Positions 37,806 to 47,171 of a DNA stretch of 64,000 bases are shown one piece after another; position 1 is the stretch's first letter; each line of letters begins with the position of its first letter. Source of the DNA: an uncultured Chloroflexia bacterium (GTDB lineage Bacteria > Chloroflexota > Limnocylindria > Limnocylindrales > CSP1-4); contig CAVYBU010000006.1 of assembly GCA_963766735.1 (NCBI GenBank), forward strand, positions 64,001 through 128,000, given 5' to 3'. The position numbers and the translations under genes are program-made. The notes below the pieces were generated by a model. The model ran no database searches, was not told the DNA's origin, and saw only the letters and a program-made list of their open reading frames with translations.

Positions 37806-40403
37806 ATGTCGGCCGCGGTCGGGCTGCGCAATCTCCTGGGCCGGGCCAGGCTCGCGATCGAGGGGCCGGAGGGGCCGGCAATCGCCTGGACGCTGCGCGG
37901 CTACCTCCCGAGCCAGCTCTCCGGCGACGTCATCTCGGGCCTGACCGTCGCGGCCCTGATCGTCCCCCTGAGCATCGGCTACGCCGGCGTCGCCGGGCTG
38001 CCGCCGGAGGTGGGCCTGTACGCGTCGATGGTGCCGCTTGCGGCGTATGCGATCTTCGGGTCGGCTCGGCAGGTGATCGTCGGTCCCGATGCGTCCACGG
38101 CGGCGCTGATCGCCGCGACCATTGCGCCGCTGGCGGTTGTCAGCGACGACCGCGTCCGGCTCGCCGGCGTGCTGGCCCTGATGGTTGCCGCGGTCTTCGT
38201 CGTCATGCGGCTCGGCCGGATGGGCTTCCTGGCCGACTTCCTCTCCCGCCCGATCCTGGTCGGCTACATGACGGGCGTGGGCATCACCGTCGCGGCCGGG
38301 CAGGTTGCGAAGATCGCAGGCGGATCGGCGATCGCGGACGCGATCGCGGTCCTGTCGGGTATCGACTGGAGCGCCGCCGACCCGAGGGCCGTCGCCGACG
38401 CGCTCCTGATCGCTGTCCGTGGCTCTGGCGCGGACCTCACCTCATTGGTCATCGGCATCGCCGTGGTGGTCGCCATGCTGCTCGGCCGTCGGTACCTGCC
38501 ACGGGTCCCGATGGCGCTGGTGGCCATGATCGTGGCAATGGTGGCGAGCGCGGCGTTCGACCTCCAGTCCAGGGGAGTCCAGGTGCTGGGTCCGGTGTCG
38601 CCCGGGCTGCCAGGGATCGGCATTCCGACGGCGTCCGCGACGGAGCTCGTCGGGCTGCTGCCCGGAGCGCTCGGCCTCGCGATCCTGAGCTTCGCGGACA
38701 CGGCGGCCACCGGACGAACGTTTGCGGCCCGCCGCCACGAGCGCACCGACGCGAACCGGGAGCTGGTGGCGCTGGCCGCGGCCGACGCCGGAGGGGCCCT
38801 CACCGGCGGCTACGCGATCAGCTCCAGCCCGTCACGGACGGCAGGGGCGGTGAATGCCGGGTCGAGCTCCCAGCTCACCGGGCTGATCGCGATGGCCTCG
38901 GTCGCCGTGGTCCTGGTGCTGCTGACCCGGCCGCTGTCCTACCTCCCGATACCCGCCCTGGGTGGCGTCATCTTCGTCGCCGTCCTCGGCCTCATCGACG
39001 TCCGCGGGATCGTCCGGATCCTGAACCTCAAGTCCAGCGAGGGCCTGATCGCGATCATCACGATGACCGGGGTGATCCTGTACGGAACGCTCATCGGCGT
39101 TGGTATCGCCGTGTTGCTGGCAGCCCTGAACATCGTGCGCCGGGCGGCGTGGCCGCAGATCGTCGAACAGGGCCGTCTCGACGACGGAACCTGGCGGGAT
39201 CTCACCCGACAACCCGAGGCACGCCGCGTTCCCGGGGTGATCGTGATCCGGTTCACGGGTCCCCTGTTCTTTGCGAACGCCACGGCCCTCCAGGCGCTGA
39301 CCCGCGAGCTCATGGCCGGTCGGCTCGACACGAGGGCGGTGGTCCTCGACCTTGCCGCGACCGCCGACATCGACGTCACCGCCGGCGGCGCCATCAGGGA
39401 GCTGGCGGACGACCTGGCTCGCGCCGGCCGGCAGCTGACGGTCGCGGGGCCGCTGGGCCCCGTGCGCGACGAGCTGCGGGCATACGGGCTGGCCGACCTG
39501 ATGGAGGCCACCGGAGGAACACGCGGCAGCATCGACGAAGCGATCGCCGGTCTCGGCCTGGACCCGTCGCGCGCGGTGGAGCCCGGCGAGAGGGGGAGCG
39601 GTGCGGCGTCCGCAGCGGACACGACGCCGGAACCCGGGGAGCCGGTGGCCGGCGAGCCCGAGGAGCCGGCGGCCGAGGAACCCCGGGCCGGCGAGCCCCG
39701 GCCCGGCGAAGGCCTCGTCGTGCGGGTCCTCGCCATCGCGCTGGGGATCGTGGTCGCCGCGACCCTGCTGGGGACGGCGCTCAACGCCTGGCGTGGTGAG
39801 GCGTCCGGTGTGTCTGTCGTCCCCAACCTGGTCGGGCTGTCCCTCGATCGTGCCTCGACGGCCGCAGGGGATGCGGGCTTCACGCTGGCGCCCCCGGTCT
39901 ACGTCCAGCGGAACGATCGACCGGAGAACACGGTCGTTGCCCAGGACCCGCCGGCCGGGACCGAGTTGGAGCGGGGATCCGTGATCCGCCCGGTGGTCAG
40001 CACCGCACGTGGGCTGGTGCGCGTGCCGGATGTCGTTGGCCAGGCCGAGTCCCAGGCCATCGCAACCCTGACCAGTGCGGGCCTCATCGTCCGCAGATCG
40101 GACAGCGTGTTCGATGAGGCGCTGCCCGCTGGTGCCGTCGTCACCACGAGCCCGGCGGCGGGCGTCTCGGTGGCGAAGGGCACGGTCGTCGACTACGTCG
40201 TGTCCGAAGGCGAGGAGCCCACACCGGCGCCCTCGGCAACGCCGGCTCCATCCCCGACGCCCTCGGCAACGCCGTCGCCGGCAACGACGGGCACGCCGAC
40301 GGTTTCGCCATCACCGCCGGACGGGACGCCACCAGTTGAGGCGCCGACCGGGACGCCCCCGAATGCCACGCCTCCAGCCGGGACGGCCAGTCCCACCTTC
40401 TGA
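37806..40403 (+). CDS. SulP-STAS permease fused to a TM helix, two PASTA domains and a Pro/Thr tail (paralog 3)
   Basis: GDVISGLTVAALIVP, VGPDAS, FLSRPIL, STAS RFTGPLFFANA; VVPNLVGLS..VVAQDPPAG and VPDVVGQ..VVTTSPAAG; one open frame. Confidence 0.85.
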   Translation: MSAAVGLRNLLGRARLAIEGPEGPAIAWTLRGYLPSQLSGDVISGLTVAALIVPLSIGYAGVAGLPPEVGLYASMVPLAAYAIFGSARQVIVGPDASTAALIAATIAPLAVVSDDRVRLAGVLALMVAAVFVVMRLGRMGFLADFLSRPILVGYMTGVGITVAAGQVAKIAGGSAIADAIAVLSGIDWSAADPRAVADALLIAVRGSGADLTSLVIGIAVVVAMLLGRRYLPRVPMALVAMIVAMVASAAFDLQSRGVQVLGPVSPGLPGIGIPTASATELVGLLPGALGLAILSFADTAATGRTFAARRHERTDANRELVALAAADAGGALTGGYAISSSPSRTAGAVNAGSSSQLTGLIAMASVAVVLVLLTRPLSYLPIPALGGVIFVAVLGLIDVRGIVRILNLKSSEGLIAIITMTGVILYGTLIGVGIAVLLAALNIVRRAAWPQIVEQGRLDDGTWRDLTRQPEARRVPGVIVIRFTGPLFFANATALQALTRELMAGRLDTRAVVLDLAATADIDVTAGGAIRELADDLARAGRQLTVAGPLGPVRDELRAYGLADLMEATGGTRGSIDEAIAGLGLDPSRAVEPGERGSGAASAADTTPEPGEPVAGEPEEPAAEEPRAGEPRPGEGLVVRVLAIALGIVVAATLLGTALNAWRGEASGVSVVPNLVGLSLDRASTAAGDAGFTLAPPVYVQRNDRPENTVVAQDPPAGTELERGSVIRPVVSTARGLVRVPDVVGQAESQAIATLTSAGLIVRRSDSVFDEALPAGAVVTTSPAAGVSVAKGTVVDYVVSEGEEPTPAPSATPAPSPTPSATPSPATTGTPTVSPSPPDGTPPVEAPTGTPPNATPPAGTASPTF

Positions 40404-40480
40404 CGCGGACAGCGGACCCGCGTGCGATGATCCCTCAACCGAACCCCGGGCATGACCCGGGAGGCAATCAGGAGACACCC

Positions 40481-42658
40481 GTGCGCCGGTTCCTGTTCGA
40501 AGCCCTGGTCGATGCGCTCATCCTCATCGGGCTCGCCTTCCTCCTGTCGCTGATTCACGTCCCGCAGCCGTTCCCGTTCGGGAGCGGACGCGCCCCGATC
40601 ATGGTCGGCCAGGGCGCCGGGTTCATCGGATTCTTCGTGTTCGCCGTCGTCCTTGGCGTCGTGAACCGCGGAGTGCGGCCGGTGATCGTCGCGTTCACCG
40701 GCCGCCTGGTGCTCGCGACCGCCGGCATGTTCATGGTCGTGATCACGTGGCTCGTGTTCTCGATCACGTCGTTCTTCGCCCCCGAACTGGTCGTGGTCGC
40801 GGCGCCGACGATTCTCTGGACGCTCGTTCTCGCGGCCCTCTACGGGTTCGTCTCGATCGTGCTGGACGCGGTGCTGGGGCTCAGCCGGCCATCGCTCGAC
40901 GTCGAAGGCCGGGGGAAGTTCATCTGGCGCTTCCTGGACGGGCTCCCCACGCCTCGCCGCAACGCCATCATCGAGAACCTGCGGTTCCAGCAGGTGTACG
41001 ACACCCTCTACCGCTACGGGCTCGACATCTTCCTCGGCGGCACGTCGATCGGCCGGATCCGCGCCTGGATCCAGCGGGTCATCTTCCGCGAGGAGGAGCC
41101 GTTCGTCGGGCTGTCCACGCCCGCCCGGATCCGGATGATGCTCCAGTCGCTCGGGCCGACGTACGTGAAGATCGGCCAGATGGTGGCGAGCCGCGGCGAG
41201 GCATTGCCCCCGGAGTGGCTCACGGAGCTGCAGATGCTGCAGAGCGACGTGGCGCCGTTCCCGTACGAGCAGGCGCGCGAGGTCATCACCAAGGAGCTGG
41301 GCAAGCCGCCCGAGGAGCTGTTCGCGACGTTCGAGACGGAACCGTTCGCGGCGGCCTCCACCGCCCAGGTCCACCGCGCGACGCTCCACGACGGGACCCT
41401 CGTCGCGGTCAAGGTCCAGCGGCCCAACATCGTCGCCAAGACCAAGGCCGACCTGGGCGTCATGCAGGAGCTCGCCCGGCAGCTTGCCAGGCGCGTCGAG
41501 ATTGCCCGCCAGCTCGACGTGGAGGGAATCCTGCGCGAGTTCGCCAGCGGCGTGATCAGCGAGATGGACTATCGCAACGAGGCCTACAACGCGCGTCGGA
41601 TCTCCGAGGCGATGGTCAAGTTCGAGCGGATGCACGTGCCCGTGGTCTATGGCCGCCTGTCGGGCGAGCGCGTCATGACGGCCGAGTTCGTGAAGGGGTT
41701 CAAGATCAGCGATGTCGCCGCGCTCGACGCCGCCGGCATCGACCGCAAGGAGATCGGGGTGGTCTTCGTCAGGGCCCTGATCAAGCAGGTCCTGGTCGAC
41801 GGCTTCTTCCACGGCGATCCGCATCCCGGCAACATCTTCGTCGAGCCCGACACCGGGCGGATCACGTTCCTCGATTTCGGGCTCGTCGGCCGGCTCACCC
41901 AGAACCAGCGCATGGACCTCCTGGACATGATCAACGGGCTCCAGCTGAAGGACTCGTCGGCGGTGGCCAGGGCGCTCCAGGGCCTGAGCACGGTCGGACC
42001 CGACTTCAACGAGCGCGGGTTCACGGAGGCGGTCGACCGGATCGTCCGCGAGTACCTCGTGTATGGCGAGGGCGACGGCATCGCGGACGCGATGTCCGCG
42101 GTCATGGGCGCCGTATACGGGCATGGCCTGCGGCTGGACAACGACCTCACGCTCGCGATGAAGGCCGTCATCCAGGCACAGGAGACCGCCTCGATCCTCG
42201 ACCCGTCGATCGACATCGGCAAGGCGGCCATGGAAGAGGCGCGGGACGCGCTGGTGGCGGGGCTGACACTCGACAACATCGAGAAGACCGCGACCGCCAC
42301 GGGCCTCCGTGTCGGCAAGGAGCTGGTCCGCCGCCTGCCCACGCTGGAATCGGCCGCCTTCATGTGGATCGACCAGTTCGGCAAGGGCAAGATCACGGTG
42401 GCGATCGACACCAGCGAGCTGGACACCCAGTTCCGGCAGCTGGACGACACAGGACGGCGGCTCACGATGGGGCTGCTCACCGTCGGCCAGCTGATCGGCT
42501 CGGCGATCCTCGCCGTCGTCCTGCTCCAGCCGGCGATTGCAGATACGGTGGGGCCGCTGGCCTCGATCGCGGTGTTCGCCTTCTTCGGGGTCCTGGCCTA
42601 CAGCCTGTTCATCACCTACCGCGTCGGCCGCCGGCCGGAAGACGACAGCAGGCGCTGA
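40481..42658 (+). CDS. ABC1/AarF/UbiB atypical kinase with N-terminal 4-TM (YvlD/holin-4-like) domain
   Basis: LGPTYVKIGQ, AAASTAQVH, VAVKVQRP, EMDY, FFHGDPHPGN, DFG; RBS AGGAG before GTG 40481. Confidence 0.9.
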   Translation: MRRFLFEALVDALILIGLAFLLSLIHVPQPFPFGSGRAPIMVGQGAGFIGFFVFAVVLGVVNRGVRPVIVAFTGRLVLATAGMFMVVITWLVFSITSFFAPELVVVAAPTILWTLVLAALYGFVSIVLDAVLGLSRPSLDVEGRGKFIWRFLDGLPTPRRNAIIENLRFQQVYDTLYRYGLDIFLGGTSIGRIRAWIQRVIFREEEPFVGLSTPARIRMMLQSLGPTYVKIGQMVASRGEALPPEWLTELQMLQSDVAPFPYEQAREVITKELGKPPEELFATFETEPFAAASTAQVHRATLHDGTLVAVKVQRPNIVAKTKADLGVMQELARQLARRVEIARQLDVEGILREFASGVISEMDYRNEAYNARRISEAMVKFERMHVPVVYGRLSGERVMTAEFVKGFKISDVAALDAAGIDRKEIGVVFVRALIKQVLVDGFFHGDPHPGNIFVEPDTGRITFLDFGLVGRLTQNQRMDLLDMINGLQLKDSSAVARALQGLSTVGPDFNERGFTEAVDRIVREYLVYGEGDGIADAMSAVMGAVYGHGLRLDNDLTLAMKAVIQAQETASILDPSIDIGKAAMEEARDALVAGLTLDNIEKTATATGLRVGKELVRRLPTLESAAFMWIDQFGKGKITVAIDTSELDTQFRQLDDTGRRLTMGLLTVGQLIGSAILAVVLLQPAIADTVGPLASIAVFAFFGVLAYSLFITYRVGRRPEDDSRR

Positions 42659-42744
42659 GCCGGCGGCCGCCCAATGCTGCACGGGACAGCCCGGGTGGTC
42701 TGGGCGACCGGGGTCGTCAGCCGGGCCGGGAGGAACCTGATCGC

Positions 42745-43446
42745 ATGAGCACCGCGTTCCCGGGCTTTCGCCCAGAGGCGCTGGACTTCCTCGTGGAGCT
42801 GGCCCTCAACAACGATCGATCGTGGTTCGGGCCGCGCAAGGCCTCCTTCGAGGCGCTGCTCAAGCGGCCCCTCGAACAACTCTGCGCCGCGGTCAACCTG
42901 GAGTTTCTGGCCCGCGACCTCCCGCTCGCCGCGGATCCGGCCAGGTCCCCGTTCCGGATCTACCGGGACGTCCGGTTCGCCAAGGACAAGTCGCCGTACA
43001 AGACCAACGTGGGCGCGAGCTTCCCGTGGATCGGAGACGGCGGCGGGGTGGGCGGCTACTTCCACCTGGAACCGGGCGGCGTGTTCGTCGGGGGCGGGAT
43101 GTGGCACCCGGCGCCGGCCCGGCTGGCGGCGTGGCGGAGCGCCGTCATCGCGGACCGGGGGAGCATCCATGCCGTGGTGGAGGACCCGGGGTTCGTGTCG
43201 GAGTTCGGCGCCGTGGACGGTGATCGCCTGAAGCGGGCCCCGAAGGGGTTCGCCCAGGACGACCCCGACATCGAGCTCCTGAAGCTGAAGGACGTGGTCT
43301 TCGGGCGCCCGCTCGCGGACGCGGACGTGATGGGGTCAGACCTGCCGGCGAAGATCGCGGACACCCTGGTCCACGCCACGCCCCTGCTGCGCCTCCTGGC
43401 CGGCCTGCCGGGCCACGAGACGGACGCGAGGTGGCTCCGGGACTGA
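42745..43446 (+). CDS. DUF2461 (TIGR02453-like) protein
   Basis: NNDRSWF, FRIYRDVRFAKDKSPYK, GYFHLEP, LKRAPKGF; RBS GGAGG. Confidence 0.9.
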   Translation: MSTAFPGFRPEALDFLVELALNNDRSWFGPRKASFEALLKRPLEQLCAAVNLEFLARDLPLAADPARSPFRIYRDVRFAKDKSPYKTNVGASFPWIGDGGGVGGYFHLEPGGVFVGGGMWHPAPARLAAWRSAVIADRGSIHAVVEDPGFVSEFGAVDGDRLKRAPKGFAQDDPDIELLKLKDVVFGRPLADADVMGSDLPAKIADTLVHATPLLRLLAGLPGHETDARWLRD

Positions 43447-43466
43447 TTCCGGTCGGGGTCGCGAGG

Positions 43467-44292
43467 TCAGCTGTCGATCGCGCGGTTGACCCAGTGCGCC
43501 GGCCGGGTGAGCGCCGGTGAGAGCCGGGTCCCGGGATTGCCGCTGGCGGCCTCGAGCTGGGATTGCGTCACGAACAGGGCGCCGCGCAGATCCGCGCCGG
43601 CAAGGTTCGCGCCGCGCAGGTCAGCGCCCGCGAGATCGGCCTTCCCCAGCTTGGCGCCGCGGAGGTCGGCCCCGATGAGCATCGCCCCGCGCAGGTTCGC
43701 ACCCCGCAGGTCCTGGCCGCGGAGGTCGACCCCGGCCAGATCGGCGCCCCGTTTGTCCGGCGCGCTGCGGCTGGTCGCCGGACCCGGCCCCCGCCCGCAC
43801 CAGCTCGCTGGCCTTCCCCAGGAGCGCGCCGATCGCCTCCCGGCGGCCTGCCACGTCCACGGCCAGCAGGGCATCGGCCGGCTCCTCAGCCAGCGACTCG
43901 ACCTCGTCCAGCGCCACCCGCAGCTCGGGGTGGATCGGGTGGGCCGCCGCCAGCGCCAGCGCTTCGGTCAGATACCAGGCCAGCTCGTGGAGCTGGCGCA
44001 TGACCGTGAAGGCGTCGAACATGGGCTCGGCCAACTCAGGCGAGCGTCGCCAGTCCTTTTCGGCAAACGTGGCCTGGGCCAGGTGCTGGCCCGCCCCAAA
44101 GCAGTCGTAGGCGACACAGCCCGGGAAGCCCGCCACCCTGAGGCGGGCGTGGATCCGGCACCCGAAGTCGGGCCCCAGGTTGGGGCAGGCCTCCCCCACA
44201 GGCTTGTCGATGGCGAAGTCCGCGGATGCCGCGAAGGCCAGCGCGACGCAGCACAGCCCGACGCAGCGGCTGCAGTCCGCGCGAAGCTCCAA
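43467..44292 (-). pseudogene. Cys-rich pentapeptide-repeat protein; 1-nt frameshift near 43790
   Basis: ADCSRCVGLCC..CPNL..CRIH..GCVAYDCFGAGQ N-half; [15 protein letters not shown] repeats in the next frame; removing one G from the G5 run at 43788-43792 joins them. Confidence 0.82.
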
Positions 44293-44301
44293 CGCCGGGG
44301 C

Positions 44302-44604
44302 CTACTCGCGCTCGTCGATCAGCAGCCGGACCCGCTTGCGGTTGTGGCCCATCGAGTCCGCCGCGACCGCCTTGCCGATCTCCGTGGCATAGGCCGCCTC
44401 GAAGTCCGCCTGCGTGTCGAACCAGAGCTCGGAGATGCCGTCGATCCCGCTCTCGGCGGGGTCAGCATCCACGATGTTGACGACCATCTTCCGCAGGCCC
44501 GGCAGCTGCAGGGCGAGCGGCCGGTGCTCCTCCAGCCACCAGCGGCGGAAGTCGTCGGGTGTCATGTCCTCGCGACGACTGAGCAGGATCATGGCCTTGA
44601 ACAC
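44302..44604 (-). CDS. EthD family protein
   Basis: FRRWWLEEHRPLALQLPGL, DGISELWF. Confidence 0.85.
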   Translation of the reverse strand: MFKAMILLSRREDMTPDDFRRWWLEEHRPLALQLPGLRKMVVNIVDADPAESGIDGISELWFDTQADFEAAYATEIGKAVAADSMGHNRKRVRLLIDERE

Positions 44605-44613
44605 GGTGCTCTC

Positions 44614-45174
44614 CTAGGCAGGCTTGCGGACCCGGGCGTTCGGCCGGCCGCCGGCGCTCAGGACCAGGGCGATGACGATCTCGTCCGGGCGCGGTGCGTC
44701 CGGGATGGCGACGTCGACGGCGTCCATGTCGTCGAAGACCCATCGGTCGTCCTTGTTGCCGATGGGCATCGTGATGGAGGCACCGGGCCCCGCGACCTTC
44801 TTGGTGCCCGGGATGATGTCGGCGCCGCCACCGATGGCCGCCCTGACCGGCGCCCCGAAGCGCGGGTGGAGGACTGCGGCCGTGTGCTCGCGATCGCCGT
44901 CGATCCCCACGATGGCGCCCTTGCCGTACCCGCGGACGTCCGCCGGGGCCAGGCCGACCGACGCCAGGACGGCCAGGGCGCGCTCGACCAGCAGGCCGGC
45001 CGCGTCACGGCCAAGGTCTTCCAGCTCGCCGAGGTCCTCCACGCGGCCACGGCCGGCCAGCGGGTTCCGGACTGCGATCGCGGCGGTCGCCACCGTCGTG
45101 GGCGGGTCAACCTCCGCGCCGGCCTCCACGAGCGTCTGCTGCACGGCCGCCACGATGACCCGCACTCCGTCCAC
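44614..45174 (-). CDS. Amino acid synthesis family protein (DUF1185)
   Basis: NPLAGR, YGKGAIVGIDGDREH, DAPRPDEI, GGRP. Confidence 0.88.
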   Translation of the reverse strand: MDGVRVIVAAVQQTLVEAGAEVDPPTTVATAAIAVRNPLAGRGRVEDLGELEDLGRDAAGLLVERALAVLASVGLAPADVRGYGKGAIVGIDGDREHTAAVLHPRFGAPVRAAIGGGADIIPGTKKVAGPGASITMPIGNKDDRWVFDDMDAVDVAIPDAPRPDEIVIALVLSAGGRPNARVRKPA

Positions 45175-45289
45175 GATTGGCTCCTTTCGATCCGATTCCG
45201 GCGGGCGACCGTCCGTCGCGTCACCTCTACTGTAGGGGCGCGGCCGGCGCGGCGGGCCCCGGAGCCGGCGCCCTCCCGGGCCGGCAGCC

Positions 45290-45760
45290 TCAGGGCCGTG
45301 TGGGAATGCGGTAGAGGAAGACCGCCACGATCAGTCCGGTCACGCCGAGCGCCCCGCGCAGCAGGAGGCCGTCCACCAGAAGGATCGACACGCCGAACGA
45401 CAGCGCGACCACGGCCAGCGCCCGGACGCGCACTCCGGGCGGCAGCGAGCGCGACGTGCGCCACTCCGTGATGATCGGCCCGAGGGAACGCTGGCCGACG
45501 AGCCAGCCATACAGGCGATCCGACGCCCGCGCATAGCAGGCTGCGGCCAGCAGCAGGAACGGCGTGGTCGGCAGGACAGGAAGGACGATCCCCAGCACGC
45601 CGATGACCAGGGACACGGTCCCGACCGTCACGAGGATCACGCGCAGGGGAAGCGACGCGCGGTCTGGCGGCCCGAGATCGACCGGTGAGGTGCCGGGATC
45701 GCCGGGGCACGGCGTCGGGCTCGGCGTCGGATCGGGAGTCTGGGGGTCCGACAGGTGCAT
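45290..45760 (-). CDS. YbaN/DUF454 family membrane protein
   Basis: LGIVLPVLPTTPFLLLAAACY, GPII..W, C-terminal IPT. Confidence 0.85.
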   Translation of the reverse strand: MHLSDPQTPDPTPSPTPCPGDPGTSPVDLGPPDRASLPLRVILVTVGTVSLVIGVLGIVLPVLPTTPFLLLAAACYARASDRLYGWLVGQRSLGPIITEWRTSRSLPPGVRVRALAVVALSFGVSILLVDGLLLRGALGVTGLIVAVFLYRIPTRP

Positions 45761-46057
45761 CGCATAAGGATGCCCTGCCGTGGCGCCGGCGTCGCCCCAC
45801 CCGAACCGGCGAGCACAGTGATCGCGACCCGGGGCGACCCGCCAGGTCGGGCTGGCGTTCGCGTTTCGGGACCCCGGACCGGTCAGGCCGACCGGGCCCT
45901 CCGGTCGAGATCGATGGCTCTCCTCGCGTCCCGCCGCGGCTGAGATGCTTGATCCGGCCCAGCCGGCCTCCTGAACGCGGCCGCTAGCGCCCGCGCCCGG
46001 ACGGACCAGCCCAGGTCGAGCATGGTTCCGGACGCGCACGGAGAGGAGTAGACGGCC

Positions 46058-46972
46058 GTGAAGATCATCGTCGCGGTCGACGGCTCGCCGCAGGCCAGTC
46101 TGGCGGTCGCCTGGATGGCGCAGATGCCGCTGACGGACGCAGATGAGATCCTCGTGACCTCGGTCGCCGAACGACCGGTGATCATCGGGGCCTGGGGATC
46201 TGCGTACCACGAGGGGTACGAGACGATCACCCCAGAGATGCTGGCCTCGAACCGGGCTGCTGCGCAGCGAGCTGCGGATACGGCCGCCGCGGTCCTGTCC
46301 CCTGGAGCATGTCCGGTGAAGGTCCTGGTCCGGGAGGGGCATCCCATCGAGGAGCTCCTTGCGGCCATCGCGGAGGCCGGTGCGGACCTGATCGTCGTCG
46401 GCCCTCACGGCCACGGCGCGCTCGAGACGATCCTCCTGGGCAGCGTGTCCCAGGCGCTGCTCCATGCCATGGCGACCTCCGTGCTCGTCGCCCGGGAGCC
46501 CATCGGTGCCCCGCGGCGCATCCTGCTGGCATCGGATGGTTCGACGCACAGCCTGGCGGCGGCTCGGTTCGTCGCGCAGCTCCCGCTCGCGGCCGACGTG
46601 AGGATCGACGTGCTGGTGGTGATCGATCGCTGGCCGCCGGCGCACGCGGATGACAAGGTCGTCGTCCCCGATGCGTTCGCCGCGGTCCAGCAGACCAGCT
46701 TGGAGGAGATCATCCAGGACACGGTCGGGGTCCTCGAGGCCGGCGGCAGGACCGGGGTACCGGTCATCCGGCACGGCAACGCCAAGCGGGAGATCCTGAC
46801 CGCGGCGAGGGATCTCCACAGCGACCTCGTCGTGACCGGAGCCCGGGGTGTCGGCGGCTTCCGCGGCCTCCTGCTCGGGAGCGTCTCGCGCGCCGTCGGC
46901 AAGGCAGCACCGTGCTCGACACTGGTGGTGTGCGAGGAGAGCGCGTCACGCACGGCGGACGAGCCGGGGTGA
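46058..46972 (+). CDS. Universal stress protein (tandem USP domains)
   Basis: IIVAVDGS..GPHG..LLGSVS and ILLASDGS..GARG..LLGSVS. Confidence 0.93.
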   Translation: MKIIVAVDGSPQASLAVAWMAQMPLTDADEILVTSVAERPVIIGAWGSAYHEGYETITPEMLASNRAAAQRAADTAAAVLSPGACPVKVLVREGHPIEELLAAIAEAGADLIVVGPHGHGALETILLGSVSQALLHAMATSVLVAREPIGAPRRILLASDGSTHSLAAARFVAQLPLAADVRIDVLVVIDRWPPAHADDKVVVPDAFAAVQQTSLEEIIQDTVGVLEAGGRTGVPVIRHGNAKREILTAARDLHSDLVVTGARGVGGFRGLLLGSVSRAVGKAAPCSTLVVCEESASRTADEPG

Positions 46973-46976
46973 CCGG

Positions 46977-47150
46977 ATGCATCGACCGGCGGATGCGCGG
47001 TGGCCCCAGCGGCGTCGGGCCGGCATGACCACGCGCCCGGTCACGTCGGTGGCGGTGGCTCGTCTCCGTCGCCGCCGGGGCCATGAGGCTGGCTCCGAAG
47101 AGGTCGCTCGCCATCTGGCGGCCTCGGTCCTCGTCGTTCGCCCGGCATAG
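46977..47150 (+). pseudogene. Possible USP remnant
   Basis: 57-aa frame ending GSEEVARHLAASVLVVRPA, like a USP C-terminus; the rest is not recognisable. Confidence 0.35.
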
Positions 47151-47171
47151 CACAGGGCGGGAGGGTTGCGA

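Noticed and set aside
40481-40900. Holin-like domain as evidence of a prophage
   Set aside because: It is fused to a kinase, and no phage structural, lysin or integrase genes are present.
40747-42744. 899-aa ORF 40747..43446 as one large protein
   Set aside because: The first ~666 codons are an alternative frame over the kinase; only the DUF2461 part from 42745 has an RBS and motifs.
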